DNA from: Sminthopsis crassicaudata
Lineage: Eukaryota
Direction: 5' to 3'
NCBI RefSeq assembly: GCF_048593235.1
Contig: NC_133619.1
Location: 605,904,558-605,968,557 of the forward strand
Length of the DNA stretch: 64,000 nucleotides
Each line of letters begins with the position of its first letter. The stretch's first letter is position 1. The notes under the pieces are model-generated. The model saw only the letters and a program-made list of their open reading frames with translations. It was not told where the DNA came from and searched no databases. A program made the position numbers and the translations under genes. Positions 1-11,244 of the stretch are shown here, piece after piece.

Positions 1-3000
1 ACTCCAAAAGCTTTTTCTTTGGTCTCCTTGCCTCGAGCTTCTCCTAACTCCATCATCCATAAAGCCACTAAAATGATTTTCCTATTGTGAAAGTCTCTAT
101 CTCAGCCCCTTTTCTAAACAGACCTCAGTGGTTGGCTGCTTATTACCCAGGATCAAATTGAATCTCCCCTGTTTGACATTTAATTCTCTTAACAAGCCAG
201 GCCCCTTTTACTTCTCTATTCTTGTTACATAGCATCTCTCCCCTGCAATCTAGGCCTAGCCATACTGACTGTTTGACATATTGCTGTTCCACATGCAATA
301 CTCCATGTCCTATCCCCATACCTAATGCAAGATACACTGACCTCTGTCTTTTGACATCTTTTGTTGTTACTGTTTATCCTTTGTTCCTCAAGAAGATCAT
401 GATAGCAGGGAGGTGAACTCGATTGAAGTGAGGTCCAGCTAAGCAGTCACCAGCCTCTCTCTCCCTTTGGAGCCAAGTGGGTCCAGTGGCCATATACAAT
501 GGTTTCTTTTAAAGCTCAGCTCATGCAACACCTTCTATATGATGTCCTTCCCAATTCCCCTAATTACTAATATCTTCCACGAAAATGTAAGTTCCTTGAA
601 GGTAGGGATGGAACATTCTTCTTTGTATCTTAGTACTTAGCAGTGTAGGCCCATAGCCAGCACTTAATGAATGACTGATTACTCTCTTGAATTGATGAGC
701 CCTTTCTCTCCATTCTAAGTGAGGGCACAGTTCACTATGGTTACCTTTTGTTTCCTGACTGGTTTCTTTGCAAACAGGATCTCCCCTCTCTAAGTCATCC
801 CCCAGAGAGCACTCAGCTGTTGTCTCAAAGTGACCATGGGGTTAGGGGGGTGACCATGTCAGCCCCCCTTTTTTCAGTAAATTTCGGCAGTATACAGATT
901 ATGGCAAAGCTCAAACACAGACTTTTATGACAGCATCAAATGACCTTTCCAACCTTATCTAATCCCCTGTTTTCATGCTCTTAAATAAACAGCTTTCTCA
1001 CCGTTCTTCAAACATAGTATTGCTTCATCCACTCTGGGCATATGCATTGGCTGTCCCCACCACACCACAACTTCTTAGAATTCCTAGTTTCCTTCAAAGA
1101 TCAGTTCAAAATGTTATTTACATAAGACCTTTCCTAATCCCCTGCCCCTCCCTCCCCATTACTGCTTCCCATCAACCAAAAAAGTTCTTGTATCAAGTTG
1201 GTTTCTGTGTCCACGATTCTCTCACACAGAAAGTTAACTCTGAAGTTTAGAACTTCCTATGGGATTACCTCTATTTTCGAATCTCTAGCACCTCTAACTC
1301 AACATGACCCAAATGATCCTGATCTTCTCCAACTTCCCTTTTAATATCAGTGATGATTCCCATTATTCTTTCAATCATCTGAAATCGAAACTTTGATATC
1401 ACTACTGGAGACAAGTCCAATGCACTGAGAAAAACCAAAAAACAATTCACTTACAGTCAGATGACCTTGGACTGCAGTGCGGGCTCTGTCACTTACTATC
1501 CCTGTGACCTTAGTAAAGTCAATGAATTTTACTGGCCTTCAATAGCTTCATTTGAAAATGAGAAAATAGTTGCAGTACCCAGCTTAGGAAGTGTTGTAAA
1601 GAAAGTCCTGTAAAATTTCATTTGTGACAAATATGAGCTCTTGTTTTTCTGGGCTTCTTCCTTTTCTTTATCACCCTCTTTCAGTCAGTTGTCAAGTGCT
1701 ATGGATTCTGCTTCCCCAAGACTTCTGCCTTTTGTTCTCTTCTATTCATTAGTGCTATTACCAGAATTCAGTTCCACTTGTCCTCTGCCCAGACAGACTG
1801 CTTTTTCTTTCTTATTTCACAGAAGCTCAATTAGAAGAGACCCAAGAGACATCTATCCAAACCATTCCTTAACAAGTATCTCAGCCAGATAAACCCCGCC
1901 CCCCCCAAGGGCCCATTCACACTTCTTTCCCATGCTCTTCCCTTCAGACAAACTAATCTGTTAGAAAGTCTCATCTATGTGCCTAAAAGCATTGTGCTAG
2001 ATGCTAGAAACAGACAAATACAAATACTCTGCCATCAAGACACTTAAATTCTACTTTGTGGACAAAACAAATACAAAGTAAATACATACAAGGACATCTG
2101 AGGAGGGGAGAGTACATTAATCAATGGGAGGATTAGGAAGGTATTTACAGAAATCACAAATGAGCTGAATCTTAAGGAAAAATAAGGAGTCACTGTGTGA
2201 GGCCAAGATGAAGCACAGGGATCCATGTTTGTGCAATTTAAATCAACAGCGGCAGCAGATAAAAAAAAAAAAAGTTCAAGAAATAGCTAGCTAGTAAGCC
2301 AGATTCACTAGAACATCTAGTATGAACTGAATGATGTAAAAGAATGGAAAAGAAGATTGGAGTCAGACTGCAAAAGACCTTTAAACATCAGGGTTAAAAA
2401 AAATCCTATTTTATCTTAGAGGTAATGACTGTTTTGGCAGCTGCCTGGAGGACTAGAAAGAGCCTTTAAAGAGAAAGCCCACTGACAAGACTACTGGGAT
2501 CATGCCCAGACCATCTGCTACTATCTTTCATTCACTAGGCTTAGAAGACACCCACAACTCTAGCTGGTGAAATTATTACTTTCCTTTGAGGCCCAACACA
2601 GATGCCAGGATGTCCAGAAATCTGTCAAAGACTGCCCCATGGGCTCTCTAAAGCTTGCTGCCTCTCTGACTGAAGCTCCACTTAATTACTTAGCCTGTAA
2701 AACCATTTGTTTGTTTATATTTAAGTTTTAAGCTCTTGGAGAACAGAGATGTATCATCTTTGTTTCCAAAACAGTAGGGGCCTGCCCCTGATCCTATTTC
2801 TGACACAAGGGCTCAGGTACAGTCACAACTTTGCAGGGCTTTGGGCAGCTCCCTAAAAATCTAAGCTGCAGAGAGATTGCAACCTGTTATCTTTGCATGT
2901 ATTGACCAAAGTCCAAGACTGGAGCTGGTAGGCATTTAAGAGATGCTTAGTGAATTAAGCTGAATGGACAAAGGAGGGGGAAGTGTCTTCTTTCCCCATT

Positions 3001-4177
3001 AGATCTGAGTTCTGGTTACAGTACTGTCACAATGTAGCTGTGGGATCTAGAACACTTCTTTCATATGCTCTTCTATTGAGCCAAAATAATCTCAATTAAA
3101 AAGTCTCAGGGACTTGAGTTTCCTCATTTAAAGTGAGAGTATGAATTATATTATTTCTGTGGTCCTTGTACCCATGAAACACTATTCCAAGGTCCCAAAT
3201 CTGATACTTGATGTTCCCAAGTTCCCCTCTCAAGATCTGACATATCATTTTGTGAGCTTTCTTCCAGCTCTGACATACTATTTACTAAGATCTCAAAAAG
3301 ACTCAGTTGGCTTCCCACTGCCTTGAGAATACAAAACAATTTTCCTTCTTAGACTTCAAAATTCTTTCACAATGGGGCTTCAGCCTATCTTTCTAAAAAG
3401 CCGCCAATTCTACTTTCAAGCCCACTGGTTCTCCAGGCTCCTTCCCATACAATCAACTTGAATATCAGAGCCTTGGATCAGGCTTCCCCTCCCCGTTCTT
3501 TCCCCACTAAAATACACACTTCCTTCACCTTCATCTCTTAGTTTTGGGCAAAAAAAAAAAGATTTACACCTAAGTCTTATATTGTATTTACATTTAAGTC
3601 TGTTCAACTTTTTTTTTAAATTTAGAAATGCTTTTTAAAAGAAATGGCTTTTTTTAAAGGTCCTTTGTAAATGAGTATCAGATAAAGAATTTATTATAGA
3701 TGTTCCCAGACATTCTAAATTCTTCAAAGCACAATTCAGCTGCCAATCAAACATCTAATTAAACATCTATCAAGTGCCATCAGAGACTTTTTCTAATTTC
3801 CTAGCACCTAGCACCTCTCCTCACACAAAATTTCTATTTTATATATTTCTTACTTACTTATACATGGTGCTTATTTTACAGGTACTTTTATCACTTCTTA
3901 CAAAGGAAAGCAGCTGTCTTTATTAGCAAGATTATTTAAAATGAAGGAATGGATACTTTCTTTAAAAGTCAGTCCACATGCATTTATTAAACATTCATTA
4001 AATGCTCTATTAGATAGAGTAAAGAGAAGGGGACAACTTTCTTGAACTATCTGAGTCCTCTGATTCTTCTTTTGTACTCAGAAATCAACTGGGAAGGGAG
4101 CTATAGGAGAGACGATTTTGCTTTTAAACCGCTCTGCAGTACTACTTTTAGAAATCATATAGCAAAAAGAAATAGCA

Positions 4178-4328
4178 GGGGCAGCTAGGGGGCGCAGTGA
4201 CGGAGCACCAGCTCCGAATTCAGGAGGACCCGAGTTCAAATCTGGTTTCAGACACTTAACACTTCCTAGCTGTGTGACCCTGGGCAAGTCACTTAACCCC
4301 AGCGGGGGGGGGGGGGGGGAAGAAGAAG
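4178..4328 (+). mobile_element. Young tRNA-derived core SINE (WSINE1/MAR1-like) in SYF2 intron 2
   Basis: Head GGGGCAGCTAGG, B-box GAGTTCAAAT, core ctagctgtgtgaccctgggcaagtcacttaacccc, CpGs retained. Putative TSD aagaaatagca (4167-4177) / aagaaatggca (4329-4339). Confidence 0.85.
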
Positions 4329-5019
4329 AAGAAATGGCAAATACAAAACAAAATGTAGAAATTAACCAATCACCTTTAGCTAAAAAACAAAAACAAAACA
4401 AACAAACAAAAAAAAAACAAAAGTATGTCATTTAACCTGTTTCTTCATTTGTGAATGGGAGACAACAGGCACCTGACCTCTCAGGGTGGTTGGAGATCAC
4501 CATTATTATGCATAATACTAACGTTAAAGGGCCATATAAATTCAGGCCATTATTACTAAATGCTTAATAAGAGAACAGATTTGGTCCGAACACCAACAAG
4601 TCCAGCCCCCTTCATCTGACAGCTGAGCAAGCTGAGGTTCCAAGAGGTTAAGCGCCTTGCCCGGGGTGACGCCAGTTTGGGGGGGAGGGCAGGGGAGGGG
4701 AGAGCATTGGAAGCCAGGTCTTCTTGACGTTAATACTCATGCCGGCCGCCTCTCCATTAATCACTTAACTATCTTTGTTAATATCAATTATGGCGAGCGT
4801 GCCTGTATCGCTTTACACATATCTCATACCTCAGAACAACCCCGCGATCTGCGTTTCATGAGCAAACCCATTTTGCAGAGGAGAAAACTGAGGCCGAGGG
4901 AAGAGCAGAAGTACTCGCGCTCCCCCGACTCCAGAGAGGATACAAGGCCGCCCCAGCTTCGCCGCTCCGGGGCCGCAGAGGCTCCGCGCCCCTCTCCCCG
5001 ACTCCAAGGCCCGACTTAC

Positions 5020-5142
5020 TCTTTTCATATGCAGCTCCCGAAACTTCCTCAGTCTCTCTTCTCGCTTCTGGGCGGCCAGCGCCTCGGCCGCGGTCAGGGG
5101 CCGCTCCTCCTCCTCCTCGTCCTCCAGGGTCTCTGGGCGAGT
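5020..5142 (-). CDS. SYF2: SYF2 coding exon 2 (TRPETLEDEEEEERPLTAAEALAAQKREERLRKFRELHMKR)
   Basis: LAAQKREERLRKFRELHMKR closely matches human SYF2 LAAQKREQRLRKFRELHLMR (recalled). Acceptor ggctgactgtcctttctgcgttgCAG ends at 5143; perfect donor AGA|GTAAGT at 5019-5014. The gene continues toward lower coordinates. Confidence 0.93.
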
Positions 5143-5271
5143 CTGCAACGCAGAAAGGACAGTCAGCCAGGCCCGGCTCCCCCGCACCGAGAGTCCCGCG
5201 CCCGTGGCCGTGGCCTCCCCACTGCCCCGGGCCTCCAGCCTCCCTACCGCCCCGGTCAGCACTCCCCCTAC

Positions 5272-5295
5272 CTCAATCTCCAGTCCCGACGCCAT
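5272..5295 (-). CDS. SYF2: SYF2 pre-mRNA splicing factor, coding exon 1 (MASGLEIE)
   Basis: ATG at 5295-5293, 8 codons, then donor GAG|GTAGGG at 5271. The 8-codon first exon matches the human SYF2 structure as I recall it (MAAIAASE). Phase 0 into exon 2. Confidence 0.8.
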
Positions 5296-5551
5296 CCCGG
5301 CGAATCTCTCAACTCCTCGGACAACTTCCGGGAAAAACAAGGAAATGACTTCTAAAACATCCGGTTTAAGGCTCTTCCGCCAGTGACGTATTTCCTGAGG
5401 CGAACGCGCCCCCCTCCCTCTCGAGACTCCGCCCGACCAAACCTAAACTAGAAAAGCGCCGGAGCTGGGAGGGGAAGCGTAGGGGACTCTGCGCAGGCGC
5501 AGAAGTAATTGATGAGCTGAGGGTGGATGGGAAAGGTTCCTTGTAAAGGTC

Positions 5552-5893
5552 TGTTGTCCCTCAGTTATACTCCTTCTCTGGGAGGAGGTTCCTTTTTTTT
5601 TTTTTAAATCCTTTTCTCTGTGAACAGGTTTCTTGGGAGGCTTCTGGAGCCTCTAGCCAGAGAGAAGGTAGAACCTCGAATCCTCTTCTTCCTGAATCCT
5701 GGCTCCTTTTATCCTCCCAGAGAATGGGTTTGTGGGAACTCCTACAGCCAATGAGTTAGCTTCTTTTAAAGGTGTGAATTCCTTCTAAGGTGTAATCCTT
5801 TCAGATTCTAAAGGTGTAAACTCCTTTTAAAGGTGTGAACTCTGAACTAGAGAATTGTTAAGCACCTTGCTAAATTAGACAACCGAGTTAACA
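5552..5893 (-). mobile_element. Solo LTR-like element immediately upstream of the SYF2 promoter
   Basis: TG...CA termini, TATA-like GATAAAA on the minus strand (5713-5707), CCAAT at 5748-5752, short tandem repeats in the putative U3. No TSD found, so ends are approximate. Confidence 0.6.
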
Positions 5894-6249
5894 CCCAGTA
5901 ATCCTCACAGTTCCTGTAGGGTAGGTGGTTTGCAGGGGATTGTTTGTAAGGGAAAGATGACGTATGTTAGAAAAAAAAAAAAAAAAAGCCAAAACCAGCT
6001 AACAAAAACAAGTCGCAGGATCATAGAATGCCAGAGTTGGGTGGGATCTCATACGTCATAATTTTTTAAAACATTAGTTAAGCAATCATTGTGGTTTGTA
6101 TATTGTATCTTTCATTAGATTATAAATTCCTTGAGGATGGGAGTTATTTTTTTTTTACTTTTTTGCATCCTTTTTTTGTATCACTGTAACTAAGTGCCTG
6201 ACACATAGTAGGCGCTTAATTTAGGATGTGCCCAGAAGCATCTGTGGGC

Positions 6250-7365
6250 AAAGCCAAAGAGAGCAGCCCAAGCCGCAGAGTCTCCACACTCTGTTACCTC
6301 TCAGCTTCCCAGGCTGTCTTCAGCGCACAATCACCTGCAACAAAAGAAATCATGCGCGGAGGCTCCTTTGGCTTTCATTTTGGCTTTACAGCCTTTTCAA
6401 ACTGAAGAATTTACCATCAAGTGCGCAGCTGCTGATCTCGTTGCCATGTTCGTCCTCACTGAAAGGGTTTGACAAAGGGACTGAAAACATGAAGCTAAGT
6501 GTGGGAGCAGCTCGCACTCTGGTTTATCCCGCTGGTGGCTGGGACAGCACAAGAGCATCATTTGTGGTCCAGAGCCCAGAAAGCACGGCATCGTGAAACT
6601 GACATACGATACTGATGAATTTGGCTGACGCTATCAAACCCCCTAGTCAGATCAGAATATGTACAGACTTCCGTCTTCTCCTGGATTGTTGGACAATAAG
6701 CACCGTATGGACTATTCCTCCACTCCTGAAACCAGTTAGGAATCTCTCTCCTGGTTCTCAGGTAGAGATGAAGGATCAGTCCATTAAGGGGGATTCTGGC
6801 AAAAATCTTGCTAACAATGACTAAGAGAAACCCCCCCCAACTGTCACAGGACAATGGATTCCCCCTTTACCTTTTAAAGAGATGGACAGTGGGGGCATCT
6901 TTGAACTCTTGAGGCATAACCTCCTCTTGCTATGTAATCTAGAAAATTTCAGTCAGCTTTTGAATGACCAATAACCCCCCTCTTCCCTCCCCCCACATAT
7001 TTTATAAACCTCAGCTGGGATAGAATCAGTACCAACTGCTTTGCCACATGAAAGTAGCCTAACGGCATTCAAAGGCTCTTTTTCAATTGGAATTTCAACT
7101 AGGGAAGAATTAATTTCAACCTGAGGTAAATAGTCAGTGCTTTAGCATTGATTGATGGCAATCTGTGGAGAACACTATGGAAGTATTCAGTCTGTTTCTC
7201 TAGGATCATGTCCTTATACACTGAATAGTTAAAATGCATCATAGATCTTTGGCACATAGATAACCTGAGGACATCATAAAGCACTTTGGATTGTTATTAT
7301 CAGCATAAAACTGAATTCCATTTGCCTTTTTGCTGAGCCAAGAATGATACATCTCTCTATTTTGC
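6250..7365 (-). mobile_element. RTE-clade LINE (RTE_Mars-like), 5' part of RT
   Basis: Degenerate minus-strand RT motifs: KIFARIPLNGL (xILARILLNRL), DLTRGFDSVS (DLTKAFDTVS), GDCALKTAWEAE (ADDCALNAASEAE). Many frameshifts and stops. Confidence 0.85.
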
Positions 7366-7510
7366 TTTTTTTTTTTTTGATATGTGAACTATTTTATATT
7401 TTATTCTAGTCATAGAAATAAATTTGAAACAGAAAAGAGGTTTAGTTTTTACTCTCCAACTTTTCCTGAAGTTTAACATCAGTAAGTGGGAATTAATATT
7501 TCAATGATTC

Positions 7511-10500
7511 TTTTATTTATTTATTTTTATTGAAGTTTTTTTAATTTTCAAAATATATGCAAGGATAATTTTTTCAACATTGACCCTTGAAAAAAACCTT
7601 GTGTTCCAATTTTCCCCTCCTTCCCCCCACTCTCTCCCCTAGATCCCCTAGTCTAATATCTGTTCAATCCAAAATAGGCATACATATTTATACAATTATC
7701 TTGTGCATAAGAAAAATCAGATTAAAAAAGGAGAAAGAAAAAAAAATTGAAACAAACCACAACAAAAAGAGTGGAATACTATGTTTTAATCTACCCTCAG
7801 TTGATTCTTTAGGGTTCTCTAAGTATACCATTATATCATCTGCAAAGAGTAATAATTTGGTTTCCTCATTACCTACTCTGGTTCATTTAATCTCTTTTTC
7901 TTCTCTTATTGTCAAAGCTAACATTCCTAATACAATATTGAATAATAATGGTGATAACGGGCAACCTTGTTTCACCCCTGATCTTATTGGGAATGGTTCT
8001 AGTTTGTTCTCATTACATATGATTTTAAATAGATGCTACTAATCATTTTAAGAAAAAAAATCCATTTATTCCTATATACTCTAGTGTTGTTGGATTTTAT
8101 CAAATGCTTTTTCTGCATCTGTTGAGATAATCATATGATTTTTGTTAGTTTGGTTATTGATCTAGTCAATTATATTAATAGTTTTCCTAATATTGAACAG
8201 CCCTGTATTCCTGGTATAAATCCTACTTGGTCATGATATATTATCCTGGGGATAACTTTCTGTAATCTCTTTGCTAATATTTTATTTAAGATTTTTGCAT
8301 CAATATTCATTAGGGAAATTGGTCTATAATTTTCTTTCTCTGTTTTCATCCTACCTGGTTTAGGTATCAGCACCATATCTGTATCATTAAAAGAATTTGG
8401 TAGGACTCCTTTCCCTATTTTTTCAAATAGTTTGCATAGTATTGGAATTAATTGTTCTTTAAATGTTAGGTAGAATTCACATGTAAATCCATCTGGCCCC
8501 AGAGATTTTTCTAGGAATAAATTCTATTTACTTCCTTAACTTCTTTCTTATTTATTTTGTGGTTTGATTTGCCTAGTTCTGAAAGAACAAGGTTGAGATC
8601 CCTCACTAATATAGTTTTGCTGTCTATTTCTTCTTGCATCTCTCTTAGCTTCTTCTCTAGGAATCTGGATTCTATACCAATTGATGCATATATGTTTACT
8701 ATTGATATTACTTCATTATCTATGGTACCCTTTACCAAGATATAATTTCCTTCTTTATCTCTTTTAATTAGATCTATTTTTGCTTTTTCTTGATCTGAGA
8801 TCAGGATTGCTACCCCTGCATTTTTTTTACTTCACCTGAAGCATAATAGATCTTGCTCTAGCCTTTCACCTTCACTCTGTATGTATCACTCTGCTTTAAT
8901 TGTGTTTCTTGTTAACAGCATATTGTGGGATTCTGACTTTTGATCTAGTCTGCTATCAGCTTCTGTTTTATGGGAGAGTGCATCCCATTCACATTCACAG
9001 TTAAAATAACTAATTTGTACTTCCTGCCATCTTATTTACCCCAAGTTATGCTTTTCTCTTTCTTTTCCCCCTTTCTCTCCTCTCCAGTATTTTGCTTCTG
9101 ATGACCACCTCCCTCAAACAGCCCTTCCCCTTTATAGTTCTTCCCCCTTTCTTATACCTTTCCCCTACTACTTCTGTTTTCCCTTCTATTAGACCTCCCC
9201 ATTTTCTTTCCCCTTTCCCTTCCCACTTCCCTATAAAGTGAGAGAAGTTTCTTTGTGAAACCAAATATGTCAGATATTCTCTCTTTGAGCCAAATCTGAT
9301 GAGAGTACGATTCACACCATGTTCACCCCTCTCTCTTTTTCCTCTCAATTATAATAGGTCTTTTTTTCCTTTTTATGAGATGTAATTTCCCTCATTTTAC
9401 CTCCATTTTCCACTTTCTCTCATACAATCCCCTTTTCACCTCCATTTTCTTTTTCATATTATCACAATAAAATCAAATGATACTCTCACTTTCTAAGTAT
9501 AACCATAGCCCAGATATAGTTCTCAAGAGTTCTTTCCTTTTTACCTTTTTATGCTTCTCTTGAGTTCTGTATTTGGAGATCAAATTTTTTGTTCAGCTCT
9601 GGCCTTTTCATCAGAAATAAATGAAATCTCACCTGTATCATTGAATGTCCACCTTCTTTCCTGAAAGATAATGCTCAATTTAGCTGGGTAATTAATTCTT
9701 GGCTGCAATCCAAGTTCCTTTGCCTTTCCTATATCAGATTCTAGAACCTTCCGATTCTTTAAGGTGAAAGCTGCTAGGTCCTGGGTAATCCTAATTGTAG
9801 CTCCTTGATATTTGAATTGTTTTTTTTTTTTTGGCTTCCTGCAATATTTTTTCCTTGATATGACAGTTCTGAAATTTTGCTATGATATTCTTTGGAGTTT
9901 TCATTTTGGGCTCTCTTTCAGGAAGTAATCAGTGAATTCTTCCAATGGCTACTTTACTTTCTAATTCTATGATATCAGGGCAGTTTTCCTTGATGACTTC
10001 CTGAAAGATGATGCCTAGGTTCCCTTTTTTTTTCATCATGGTTTTCAGGAAGTCCAATAATCCTTAGATAGTCTCTCCTAGATCTATTTTCCAGGTCAGT
10101 TTTTCCAATGAGCTGTTTCACATTTTCTTCTATTTTTTAATTTTTTGGTTTTGACTGATTCTTGAAGTCTCATTGAGTCATTCACTTCCATTTTTTCAAT
10201 TCTAAATTCCAATTTTTAATGTATTATTTTCTTCAGTTACTTTTTGTTAAATTCCTTTTGGAATTTGGGCAATTGAATTTTAAATGAGTTGTTTTGTTCA
10301 TTTCATTTCCCCCCCCCCCCCATTTTATAAATTCTGTTTTTCAATGAATTTGGTTTCTTTTTCATATCTATTTTTTAATGAGTTAAATGCTTTTTCTATT
10401 TCATCAAATCTATTTTGTAGGGAGGTATATGCTTTTCCATTTCACTAAATCTATTTTGTAAGGAGTTTTCTTCAGATAATTTCTGTTTTTTCCTTTTCCA

Positions 10501-11233
10501 TTCCTCTTGCAAAGATCTCATTTCCTTTCCCCATTTTCTTCTAACTCTCTTTTAATATCCTTTTTGAATTCTTCCAAGAGAACCTTGTGAAATGGAGACT
10601 AGCTTGTACCACCCTTTAGGGCTTCATCTATAGCTGATTTACCTATAGGAACCTCCGGATTTGAGGTCTGTTCTTCTCTTTCTTCATAAAAGCTGTCTAT
10701 AGTCAGAGTTCTTTTTGTTTTTTTGCTCATTTTTTAAATGGTTGAGGTCTGTCTGATCTTAAGGCAAATGAGTGACAGCTGCTTTAGTTTGCCCTGAGGC
10801 AGTTCTGCTGACTGATTTCCAGTGCTGGATAATTGCATTCAGTCTGCATTCTCCTGGGGCTCAGTGGCTTACAGTTTGCCTTTTGTATTAGCCCTGGGTG
10901 TCTCGAAGAAGCAAATATGCTATACCACCAGCTTGCAATCAGGACAGAATATCCTAAGAACCTCACAAGAGATTTCCCCTTGCACCTGCCCCAGCTCTCA
11001 TTGGAGCTGCCTGTGCTGCAGTCCAGGCTCAGCACCCTCTTCTCCTGCTCCATTGAAACAGATCTTTCCTGAACTTCTTCCAAAGTATCTTCTGGAAATT
11101 TGTTATACTCCAAATATTTGTGGGTTCTTCACTCCAAAACTAGGTCAGAGGCTTAATCTACTATTGATCTGACAGGAAGTCAGAGGAGATCAGATACAGC
11201 TGTATCTACTCTCTGCCATCTTGGCTCTGCCCC
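7511..11233 (-). mobile_element. L1 LINE, internally deleted or composite (5'UTR, ORF1, EN, part of RT, 3'UTR)
   Basis: 5' end GGGGCAGAGCCAAGATGGCAGAG from 11233. EN peptide ISIVNIYA...KTILVRDLN (8511-8738); LIPKPGR...[25 protein letters not shown] (8170-8376); LFADD motif (FADD at 7835-7846); A-rich tail ending near 7511. Confidence 0.92.
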
Positions 11234-11244
11234 TGGATTTTACT

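Larger units (their letters stand above)
4640..5510. promoter_or_regulatory. CpG island / SYF2 promoter
   Basis: Sharp rise in GC and CpG density against a CpG-depleted background, covering both exons. Motifs: ETS/GABPA ACTTCCGG 5324-5331, CRE-like TGACGTA 5384-5390, GC box CTCCGCCC 5427-5434, NRF1 TGCGCAGGCGCA 5490-5501. Confidence 0.9.

Noticed and set aside
4178-4260. tRNA gene
   Set aside because: A/B-box-like head belongs to a SINE with core and TSD; no cloverleaf.
1-5019. SYF2 exon 3 (NEARKLNHQEVVEEDKR-like)
   Set aside because: No match found by eye on the minus strand; the region is mostly L2/SINE-like, so the exon probably lies beyond the window start.
4831-5340. 169-aa minus ORF as a single-exon gene
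   Set aside because: It reads through SYF2 exon 1, intron 1, exon 2 and into intron 2; canonical splice sites explain it better.
4657-5355. 232-aa plus-strand ORF
   Set aside because: Antisense shadow over the GC-rich SYF2 CpG island and MIR-like sequence; non-ATG start and no recognisable protein.
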